A stretch of DNA of 64,000 nt from an uncultured delta proteobacterium (GTDB taxonomy: Bacteria > Myxococcota_A > UBA9160 > SZUA-336), in contig CAVPHD010000007.1 in NCBI GenBank assembly GCA_963704165.1, positions 64,001-128,000 on the forward strand, read 5' to 3'. Below are positions 50,655 to 61,235 of the stretch, piece after piece. Position numbers and translations under genes: made by a program. The notes beneath the pieces were generated by a model. The model saw nothing but the letters and a program-made list of their open reading frames with translations. It made no database searches and was not told where the DNA came from. Position 1 is the first letter of the stretch; the number at the start of each line of letters is the position of its first letter.

Positions 50655-53600
50655 CGAAGTCGGGGCGGACGGCGCGATCCAGAGCTCGACCTTGCGCTCG
50701 CTTCCGTCGGTCGGGAATGAGACGAGCTCGTCGTCGCAGCGAGCGCCGTCGACGCGGAGCTCTCCCGCGCGCGACGGATCCACGCGGACCACGATCGCGA
50801 GCGATCCCGGACCCCGACGGACGACGGCTTCGAAGCCATCCCATGCGCTCGGGAGCCGAGGCCGCAGAGCGAGCCGCCCGCTCTCCAGACGTAGACCGAG
50901 GATCGCCTCGACCGCGAGCCGCCACGTCCAGGAGGCCGAGCCCGTGTACCAGGTCCAGCCCCCGCGGCCGAGATGCGGCGCGACCCCGCCGACGTCGCCG
51001 GCGAGCACGTACGGCTCTACGCGATAGCGCGCGAGATCGTCGCGAGTGGTCGCGTGACGGATCGGGTTCATCCGTTCGAAGAGTCGATGGGCGGTGTCGC
51101 CGTCGCCGGTCTCGGCGAACGCCCACGCGAGCCACGCGGCGGCGTGCGTGTACTGGCCGCCGTTCTCGCGAATTCCCGGGGGATACGCCTTGATGTAGCC
51201 GGGGTCCCGCGGCGTCGTGTCGAACGGCGGCCAGAGCAGCCTCACGAGATCGGGGTCGTCGCGAACGAGCTCTCGACGCGCGGATGCGAGCGCCTGGTGG
51301 CTTCGACCGTTCGTCCGCGCTCCGGAGAGGACGGACCACGATTGCGCGATCGAGTCGATCCGGCACTCGTCGTTCGCGTTCGATCCGAGCGGTCGGCCGT
51401 CGTCGTCGAACGCGCGAATCCACCACTCCCCGTCCCAGGCGACGCGTGTGATCGCGGCCTCGAGCACGTCGGCGCGCGCGCGCCAGCGGCCGGCGAGTGC
51501 GGCTTCTCCGCGGCGCTCGCAAAGTGAAGCGAACCCGTTCAGCGTCGCGAACGCGAACCAGCCCAGCCACACGCTTTCGCCCGAGCCGCGCGCTCCGAGC
51601 CGATCGAAGCCATCGTTCCAGTCGCCGGCGCCGATCAGGGGGAGGCCGTGTCGCCCGCTCGTCACGCCGCGCTCGAGCGCGCGCTCGCAGTGCTCGAACA
51701 TCGTTCCTGCGGTCTCCGTGCTCTCGAAGCGCGCGTAGCGGTCGTGCTCTTGCGGCGACAGTTCGGGCGCGCGCAGGAACGGGACTTCCTCGTCGAGAAC
51801 CGAGTCGTCACCGGTGGCCTGCACGTAACACGTCATTGCGTAGGGAAGCCAGAGCAGGTCGTCCGAGCATCGGGTCCGGATGCCGCGATCGGTCGGTGGA
51901 TGCCACCAGTGGAGCACGTCCCCGTCCTCGAACTGATGAGCGGCGCATGCGAGCAGGTGTGCACGTGCGCGCTCGGGCTCGGCGTGGAGCAGCGCGAGGA
52001 CGTCCTGAAGCTGGTCGCGGTAGCCGAACGCTCCGCTCGCCTGGTAGAAACCCGCGCGCGCCAGGATCCGCGACGCGAGGGACTGATACAGGAGCCAGCG
52101 GTTCGCCAGAAGATCGAGGGCCGCGTCCGGTGTTCGGACCTGCACCGCGCCGAGCAGGCGATCCCAGTGACGTGCGCGCTCGTCGTCCGCACGTTCGATG
52201 CGCGCCGGGTCTCGGAACTCGCGCACGAGCTCGAGCGCGTGGGCGCGGTCGCGACCCTGACCCAGGATGAACGAGACGGTGACCTCCGACTTCGGCGCGA
52301 GGTCGAGGTGAACCTGGTAGGCCGCGCCGGGATCGGCTCCCGCTTCCGTGCGGCCACTCAGTCCCCAGCGCCGTAGCGCGGCGGGATCGGAGAGATCGCC
52401 TTCCAGCCCGAGGAACTCGCGGCGATCGGCGGTCACGCCGTGCGGATCCAGCGTCGCCGAGAGGAATGCCACGCGCGCGCCGAAGTCGCCGTTCCACGGA
52501 TTGTGGGCGAGCAGGGCCGATCCATCCGGCTCCCAGGTGCAGACGACGTGGGAGCGGGCCTGGCTCGGCAGCGCACCGAGCAGCCACTCCGCCCAGTACG
52601 TCGCGGTGATCCGACGAGAACGCGACGAGAGGTTCTCGAGCCGGAGCCGCGCGATCTTCACCGGCGCATCCGGCGGAACGAATACGCGCAGCTCCTGCTC
52701 CAGCTCGTGCGAGATCCGCCGCCAGCTCGTCGTGCCGGCGCCGTGGCGGATCTCGCAGGACGTGGAGCCGCCCGCGGGATTCGGCGTCACGCTGAACACC
52801 TCTCGCGTCTGCTCGTCCCGCAAGAGCACGGCTTCGCTGGGTGGATCCGCGACGGGATCGTTCGACCACGGCGTCAGACGGTTCTCGCCGCTGTTCTCGC
52901 TCCACGTGAAGCCGCCGCCGGACTCCGTCACGAGACACCCGAACGCATCGTTCGCGAGGACGTTCGCCCACGGTGCCGGTGTCCGGGCTCCGTCCGCGAG
53001 GTGAATCACGTACTCGCGCCCGTCCGGCGTGAAGCCACCGAGTCCGTTGTCGAAGAGGAGTCCCACGGGCCGCTCGAGCTCGCGCCGTGCCGACGGGTCG
53101 GGTGCCGGCAACGGGTGCGGCGCGACGAAGAGCGGCGGATCCGACGGCGGCACGGGCGCCCTGGAGAGCTGCTCGGCGAGCGACCCGCGTGTGTCGTCGA
53201 GCACGACCTGGGCGCAGCACTCCAGGAGCCGCAGCTCCTCCTCGCTCACTTGATCGGCGAAGACGATGTGGACGCCGCCGCGTTGACCGAGATCGCCCGC
53301 GACGCCGGCCGCGGTGAGCATCGCGAACAACTCCTCACGCAGCGTCTCGACGTACCCCGACACGCCGCGCTTCAGGACGACCAGGTCGATCGCGAGACCG
53401 CGCTTGCGCCAGTACGCGTGCGCACGAACGAGCTCTGCGAGCAGCTCCGCTCCGGCAGAGTCGCTCGTCCCCAGCAGGAGAATCGGGTGATCGCCCGAAA
53501 TCCCGAGACGCCAGAGCGACGACTGGCCCAGCTCGTTTGCGACGCGCCGGGCGGGCGAGGCACCGAGCGTCGCGGCCCGGGCGATCAGGAGCGAACCGAG

Positions 53601-56600
53601 CGCCTGAAGCCGTGACAGCTCTTCGTGGGGAAGCGCGAGCTGTTGCAGCTCGCGCGCGACATCTCCCGCAGCGTCGGCGATCGCCCACTCGAGTGCCGAG
53701 AGAGTCTCGTAGCGTCCGGCGGCCTCGAGAACGGTCTCGCGTGATCCACCCGCGAAGGTGAGAAACGCCATCTCGCAGCGTTCGTAGGGATCGAGGGAAA
53801 CGCGAAGCTGCAGCGCCACCGCGGGATCCAGCGTGAATCCCGTCGTGCCCGACAGCCCATCGGACACCCCGCGTGGGTGCTGGAGCGTTCCGCCTCGACC
53901 GAGGAACGCCTCACGGTCCGCGTCGTGCCCGGAGCACACCGAGCGCGGATCTCCGCAGATCACGCGGTGCAGCAGGCTCGGCGCCTTCTCGAGCGGGCTC
54001 CGCGCCCTGCGTGTGAGGAGGATTCCATTCAATCCGGGAATCCACTCGGCGCCGACGAAGAGCTTGCTGTAGGCGGGATGTCGTTCGTCCTCGAGCGGCG
54101 GCGCGAGCGCGATCTCTGCATAGCTCGTGACCGTGAGCTCCCGCCGCACGCCGCTCTCGTTCGTGAGCGTCAGTCGGCGGATCTCGAGATCGTCTCCGCT
54201 CACGACGGCGACGTCGAGATGGCTCGCGATTCCCGCCTCGCGTCGATGGAGCTCGGCGAGGTGCGCGTGGAAGACGACGCGCGCGTCGTCCGCACCGCGG
54301 CCGGTCGGCTGTCGGCCGGCCGACCAGATCTCGCCGCTCGCGCCGTCGCGCAGGTAGATCCAGAGCCCGCAGTCGTCGCGCGTCGAATCGGGTCGCCAGC
54401 GCGTCAGCGCGAATTCGTTCCAGCGCAGCCCGCCTGCACCCGCCGCCGAGATCCACGATGAAAGCCGGCCATTGCCGAGCGTCAGAATGCGCGGCGCACC
54501 CGAGACCCCCGCGGGTGTCCACGGGCCGGGGATGACCCATGTCGAATCGCGCACGACGGCTCCGCTCTTGCGCTCGTCGCGGACGAAGGCCGGAGGCAGC
54601 TCGCGCGGAATCCGCTCGTGCAGAAGCAGCTCGGCGGAGCGCATGCGCAGGTCGGTGTGGAAGCGGCGCACGAGCACGTCGCCGTGAAGCGCGTTGTCGA
54701 GCGCGGCGAGGATCATTCCCTGGTGGTGCGCCATGTAGGCGCGCACGGGTTCGAAGCGGCGCCCGGGCCGCATGCGTTCCGGCGTGAAGTCGGCCGCTTC
54801 GAGCAACCCGAACATCCCGGAGAGCGACATCGACTCCAGCGCCCGCAGGTTCTCGACGGCGGCGCGTTTCCGGATCGGGAGCGCGAGCGCCGACGCGTAA
54901 GGCGAGACGACCCGGTCGCGAGCGAGGCCGCGGCGCAGGCCGAGTCCGGGCACACCGAAGCTCTGGTATCGGTAGTTGCCGCCGGGATCGAACGAGCTGA
55001 AGGCGGACTCGGAGATCCCCCAGGGAATTCCGAGCTGCCGCGCCCAGTCGCGCTGGGTGTCGATCACGGCTCGCTCGCTCTGCGCGAGCAACGTTCCGGG
55101 TTGCGAGCGCAGGAAGAGCGGCGGCATCAGGTACTCGAACATCGAGCCACCCCACGAGACCAACGCGAGCCCGCCCGCGGACCGCGCGATCGGCCGACCG
55201 AGGTGGAACCAGTGCTCGATCGGGGCGTCGCCTTTCGCGATCGCAAAGAAACTCGCGAGCCGCGATTCGCTCGCGAGCAGATCGTAGTGATTCGCGTCGA
55301 ACCGGTCCGCGCTCGCGTTGTACCCGATCCGAAATCGGCGAGCTTCGTCGTCGTAGAGGAACCGGAAATCCATCTCCCAGGCGAGCTCTTCCGACCGGCG
55401 TCCGATCTCGTCGAGTGATTCCCGCAGCGCCTCTGCCTCGGCGCTGCCTCGCTCGAGCGCGCGGCGCATCCGCAGGTCCCACTCGCATCCGGCCTCGTTC
55501 AGCTCGGGTGCAGCTCCCACCGGCGGGAGCAGTTCGCGCGCGCGCGTGCACTGCACGGCGGCCCTCTGCAGGGACAGGGTCGAGGGGAGCTCGCGCAGCA
55601 GCGAGGCCGCGAGCTCCGCTCGCTCGGGGGGAGGCGCGTCGAGAAGTGGCAGCCACGGCGCGAGCTCGTCGAGATCGCGCTGCATTCCGCGCAGATGGTG
55701 ATGCGCGCGCTCCAGCCACGTGCGCAGACTTCGCACCGCATCGGCCGGGAGCGGAGCGAGATCGAGTGCCCGTGCGAACGCGCGATCGAGCTCGGCTCTC
55801 TCGCCCTGACAGAGCCGTCCGAGCACCTGCGCGTGCTGAGCCGGGTCTCGATGCGCCGTCGCTGCGAGCTCGGACATGGCGCGCACCCGAACTCGGAGCT
55901 CGCTGCTCGCCGCGTCGGACATCCCCTCGATCGCGTCGCCGAGCAGCGAGAGCACGTCGCGCAGCCCCGACCAGGCGTGCGGGCGGAGTGCCGGACCGGA
56001 CGTGAGCTCCTGCGTGCCTTCCTTCAGCGTCACCAGCGAGACGGCGAGATTTCCGCTGTCGACCGCCGACACGTAGCGTGGCTCGAGCGGCGCGAGGGAC
56101 TGCGTGTCGTACCAGTTCAGGAAGTGTCCGCGGTGGCGCTGCAGACGCGCGAGCGTGTCGAGGCTGTTGCGCAGACGCTCCGAGAGCTCGTGCAGGCCGA
56201 GATAGCCGAAGTCCGTCGCCGCGAGCGTCGAGACCAGCGCCATTCCGATGTTGGTCGGCGACGTGCGACGCGCGAGCACGCGGTGGGGATGCTCTTGCAG
56301 GTTGTCCGGAGGAAGCCAGTGGTCCTCCGGCCCGACGAACATCTCGAAGTAGAGCCAGGTCCGGCGCGCGAGGCGGCGCAGGTACTGTTCGTGATGCCGA
56401 CCGATCGCCTGCGCTCCGAATTCGCGCGGACGTCCGATCGCGAGCGCGACCTCGGGCGCGAGCAGCCAGAGCAGCAGAACGCCCGCCGCCGCGGGCAGGG
56501 CCTCGGGTCGAATCAGGGCGATCGCCGTCGCAGCCGTTATTGCCGCCGCCGGAGCCGGAGCGAGACTTCGCCAGACGGCGAGACGCGAGCTCTGCCGCTC

Positions 56601-59123
56601 GATCGATGCGTCCACCGCGGCCGCCGCGGTCCACTGCAGAAGGTGCTTGCGGCTGACGGTCAGGCGCCAGAGCGTGCGGGCGATCGCGTCGACCGCGACC
56701 CGCGCGTCGTTCACCAGGAAGGTCGTGACGAGGAACCAGTGGCCCGAGTGGTCGGCGGCAGAGTGGAACGCTCCGCGCACCGCACCGCGGCGGCGCCCTC
56801 GGGCGAGACCCGTGACGAGGTTCAGAAAGAGGTGGGCCGAGGGCGCGAGCACGCCGAGCGCCGTCCACGCCCAGGGACTTCCCGGCAGGAACAGCCAGCC
56901 CGCGACGAACAACGCGACAATTGCGGGAGGGAGCAGGCTGCGCCGGAGGTTGTCGAAGATCTTCCATCGGTCCAGGAGTGACAGCCGGTTCGCGAGTCGC
57001 GTGCCGCCCGGACCGGGTGCATGACGGCCGAGCCAGGGAAGCAGCTGCCAATCACCGCGCATCCAGCGGTGCGAGCGTCGGGCGAAGGACTCGTACCGAC
57101 TCGGGAAGCCCTCGTAGAGCACGATGTCGCTCGCGAGCGCCGGCCCGGCCGTGGATGCCCTCGAAGAGGTCGTGACTCGCGCAGCGCGTTCTCGGGCACG
57201 CGGCCGGCGAGGCTCCGTCGGAAGCTCGCGACGTCGTAGATGCCCTTGCCGACGTAGATCCCCGACCCGAAGAGATCCTGGTACACGTCGGAGACGGCGC
57301 GCGTGTAGATGTCGATGGCGGTGTCGCCCGCGATAGAGCCGGGAGAACGGAGCGATTCGCCGCGCATCGGGCGACGATCTCGACGCGCGGTTGGATCACC
57401 GTGTAGCCCGCGCGCCACGCGGCCGGTCTTCGCGTCGAAGCGCGCTCGGTTCAAGGGGTGGGCGAGGGTCCCGACGAGACGCTGCGGCGGTTCCCGGCGG
57501 AAGTCGCGTGTCGGCATCGAGGGTGATGACGAAGCGAACACCTTCCAGGCGGCTGCGGATCACCTTCGTGCACCGAGAATGCGGCGCCCGATCCTCCCGC
57601 GAGCAGATCGTTCAGCTCTTCGAGCTTTCCACGCTTGCGCTCCCAGGCCATCCAGCAGTTCTCGCGGGGATTGAACCTCCGCGGTCGGTGGAGCAGGTGA
57701 AACGGCCCGCAGCCCTTCGCGCCCGTATCGCGTGTTCAAGCTGCCGATCCCGCTTCGAAGCGCCGCCAGGATCGCCGCGTCGTTCGGCATCTGCTCCGAC
57801 GGCGCATCGACCCCGTCGGTGAGCAGCGCGAACTCGAGGGACGGATCGCTGTTGGCCAGGTAGTGCGTTTCGAGCTTCTCCAGCAGCACCGGCACGTCGC
57901 GCTCGTCCGCAACGAGCGCCGGCACCGCGACGACGCTGCGGCAGTCGTCGGCGATGCCCTTGCGGAAATCGAGCTTCGGAAGCGCGGTGGGTCCGATCCA
58001 CAGCGTGATCGCCCAGTGAACGAGCGCGAAGCTGACGACCGACGAGGGCAGGAGCGCGACGGTGATGCCACCGACCAGTGTCAGCGCGTCCGCGTCTCCG
58101 ACGGAGCAGAAGAAGCGCCGGCACGATGACCGCGATGCTCGTCGCGAGCAGAAGCGCGGTCGCGTAGAGCGCGCCGGCCCGGGCGCGAAGCATCGATTTC
58201 GCGCGCGCACTCGGACCGGGGCGACAGTCCAGCAAGCGCGCGAACTCGGGCGCACCGCTGCCGACGAGCCAATGCCCGACGTGATCGAGATCCTCGTCGC
58301 GGTCTTGCTGGCTCCGGGCGTGCTCGACGACTCGCTGCGCAACCTGCGCCTCCGGGCACCTCGCTTGCTCCGCGAGCCTCTCGACCACCCGCCGGTACCG
58401 ATCGCGCGTCTCGAAGTCCATCCGCGCGTACACGCCCGGCGGGTCGCTCGCGAGCAGCGCCTCGACGCGGCTGACGTTCTGGAAGAAGTCCTCCCAGGAG
58501 ATCGAGTCGATCACACCGAGGTTGGCGATCGCGCGCGCGACGCAGTCGGTGTCGTCGAGGCCGGCCGGGGCGAGCGGGCAGGGCGATTCGGGAACCGGCG
58601 CTTCGAGGTCGGGCGCGAGCCGCGCGAGGGCCGTCACGAGCAGCTCGAGACACGCGATTCGGAGCAGTGCGGGAAACGCCCAGAGCTCCGCGATCGTGAG
58701 TGCTTCGCCCTCGCTTTGATAGGCGTTCGCGAAGCGCTCGGCTCCCTCGAGCGAGAGCTGGAGGCGTGTCGCTTGCAGCAACCCCTGCGCGACGGAGAAG
58801 ACTCGCGGGAGCCCGGCATCGACACCGCCGACGAGGCGAGGCAAGCGCCTGTAGAAACCGTCCGGCAGGTCGCCCCTGACTTGGCGCACGGCTCGCTCGA
58901 CCAGGTAGTCGTTGTCGAGCAACCAATTGGCGGCCTTGGCGAGAGCGGGCTCGGGGTCCTGGAGATGCCGGCTCGCGCGTTCGAGCCAGAGCGGCAGCTT
59001 CCAGAGGCTCTCGCGCAGTGGGATGTCGCGCGGGCTTCGAAGTTCGATCTGATGTCGCTCCCGAAGATCGCCCGCTGCCGACTCGAGCGAAGGTGTTCGC
59101 GGCTCCCGCGCGCTGGGACTCAC
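50640..59123 (-). CDS. ndvB: Cyclic beta-1,2-glucan synthase (GT84, central glucoamylase-like cyclisation domain, GH94 phosphorylase); several frameshifts at 57.1-58.1 kb
   Basis: [123 protein letters not shown] start overlaps the USP stop. Confidence 0.9.
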
Positions 59124-60136
59124 AGTGCCGTGAGCTGGGGAAGTCGCCCGGGGGCAGGCGACGGGCGGGGCCCCTCGACCCGACGCGTCGCCTTCGCCGG
59201 CCGCGCGCGAACGATCAGGAGCGGTACCGTCGAGCGGGCGATCAGCTCGGCCGTGGCACTGCCGCACGGCGTGTCGCGTTGCGGCTGCTGCCCGTGCGCC
59301 GCCATCACGATCAGATCCACCTGCTCCACCTGCGCGAGCGACGCGAGTCGGGTGGCTACGTCGCCGCTCTGGAGCAGCAGTGCGCGCAGCCGGATCCCGT
59401 CCGCCGAGAGCCACGCTCGGAGTCGATCGAGGTAGACGCTCGCGACGCGCTCGTTGCGCCGCCGGAACCGATTCACGAGCTCGACATCCTCGGCGTCGAG
59501 CGGGCCGGTTCGAGTCAGCTCGGGGACGGGCACGACGTGGGCGAGGATCAGCTCCGCGCCGTGGGCTTCCGCGAGCTGCTCCGCGATCGGCAGCGCGGTC
59601 TCGGCCTGCGGGGAGCCGTCGAGGGGGACCAGCAGGCAGCGATACCGCACGGTCGCGGTCGCGGGCGCCGACGTCGCCGGAACGATCAAGAGCGATCCGG
59701 GTGCGCGGTCCAGCAGCTTGCGTGCGGTGCTCGCGAGCGCCCAGGGAGACGGGCCGCCTTCGCCATGCGTCGTGGCCACGGTGAGGTCGACGCCGCGATC
59801 CGCTCCCCAGCGACAGATCTCCTCTGCGGCCCTTCCTTCGATCAGCTCGGATTCGATCGCGGTCGATTCGACACTGAACTGTGTGGCCAGCTGAGTCACG
59901 TAATTCCGCGCTTCGCGGCGCGCGAATTCCCACTCGACCGCGTCCGCGGGTGCCGGGTCTCCGAACGGGCGCTCGAGTACCCGAAGCAGCGTCAGGGTCG
60001 CGCCCATGACTCGGGCAATCGCGACGGCGTGCGGGATGGCGCGCTCCCCGAGGTTCGAGCCGTCGAGGCAGGCGACGACCTGTCGCAGCGGTGCGACCTT
60101 CCTCCTGGCGCGATACTCAGGTGCGGTTTCTGTCAC
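59120..60136 (-). CDS. Tandem universal stress protein
   Basis: Two USP domains: VVACLDGS...ATTHG and LLVPLDGS...LIVMAAHG..GSATAELI. Confidence 0.88.
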   Translation of the reverse strand: MTETAPEYRARRKVAPLRQVVACLDGSNLGERAIPHAVAIARVMGATLTLLRVLERPFGDPAPADAVEWEFARREARNYVTQLATQFSVESTAIESELIEGRAAEEICRWGADRGVDLTVATTHGEGGPSPWALASTARKLLDRAPGSLLIVPATSAPATATVRYRCLLVPLDGSPQAETALPIAEQLAEAHGAELILAHVVPVPELTRTGPLDAEDVELVNRFRRRNERVASVYLDRLRAWLSADGIRLRALLLQSGDVATRLASLAQVEQVDLIVMAAHGQQPQRDTPCGSATAELIARSTVPLLIVRARPAKATRRVEGPRPSPAPGRLPQLTAL

Positions 60137-60397
60137 GAGCGGCCTCCAGAGAAGGGGAATCAGCAACCGCCGTGCCGATGCTCAGAAGCAGCCTACGAAA
60201 CTATACCACGTCGTCGCTTCAGCGGGGCTCGCTGCGAGAGAGGAATTCCGCCGCCATCCGTTCGGCGTTGGCGAGCCTCGACGCGCGGCGGGCGTCGATG
60301 AATCAGCGAAACCGAACGGGCTCTACGTCCAGTGCGACCGCAGCACGGGGAGCGCGTATCCTGTCGTCGATTCCCGAGTTCTGGCGGAGGACGTTGA

Positions 60398-61222
60398 ATG
60401 AAGCTCTGGCGTGTCGAGAGAGCGCCGGACGGCGTGGTCGTCGCGACGTACGTGAATCCGTCCATGAACTATTTCTGCGCCGAGGGAACGCAGGAGCTCG
60501 GTGCTCTCGTCCGGCTCTGGGCCGATCCCTCGGTGCGCGCGGTGGTGCTCACGGGCGGCATCGAGGGCAAGTTCATCACGCACTACAGCGTCGAAGAGCT
60601 GGCCCAGCTCGCAGCGGACCGGCCGGCGATGAAGTTGATCGGCCGGAGTCTGAACCACGGCTACCACGAGCTGTTGACGTCACTCCGAAATCTGTCCAAG
60701 CCCGTGATCGCTGCGATGAACGGCGACACGATGGGCGGCGGGTTCGAGCTCTCGCTCGCCTGCGACATCCGCATCGCCGCCGCGGGGGATCACCGCATCG
60801 GCCTGCCCGAAGTCACACTCGGCATCCTCCCGGGTGGAAGCGGAACGCAGCGGCTCTCGCGCATGCTCGGAGCGGGACGCGCGATCGACTTCATTCTGCG
60901 TGGGCGCATCTGCCGGCCCGAGGAGGCGCTCGCGTTCGGGCTCGTCCACGAAGTCACCACGGATGCTCTCGCGCGCGCGAAGGCACTCGCGTCCGATCTC
61001 GCCGAGCTCTCGCCGGTCGCGATCGCCGAGATCAAGCGCGCCGTGTACGAGGGATCGGAGCTGCACCTCGAAGCGGGGCTCGTCGTAGAGGCCGACGCGT
61101 TCATGGCGACGATGGCATCGGACGAGGGCCTCGAGGCGATGAGGGCCTACGTCGCGCTGCCGCTCGAAGAGCGCCGTGACTGGCTCGAGCGGCGCAAGGC
61201 GCTCGCTCACCCGCGGCGCTGA
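60398..61222 (+). CDS. Enoyl-CoA hydratase/isomerase (crotonase) family protein
   Basis: KPVIAAMNG..MGGGFELSLACDIR, GLPEVTLGILPGGSGTQRL. Confidence 0.9.
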   Translation: MKLWRVERAPDGVVVATYVNPSMNYFCAEGTQELGALVRLWADPSVRAVVLTGGIEGKFITHYSVEELAQLAADRPAMKLIGRSLNHGYHELLTSLRNLSKPVIAAMNGDTMGGGFELSLACDIRIAAAGDHRIGLPEVTLGILPGGSGTQRLSRMLGAGRAIDFILRGRICRPEEALAFGLVHEVTTDALARAKALASDLAELSPVAIAEIKRAVYEGSELHLEAGLVVEADAFMATMASDEGLEAMRAYVALPLEERRDWLERRKALAHPRR

Positions 61223-61235
61223 TCTCGAGCCACGC

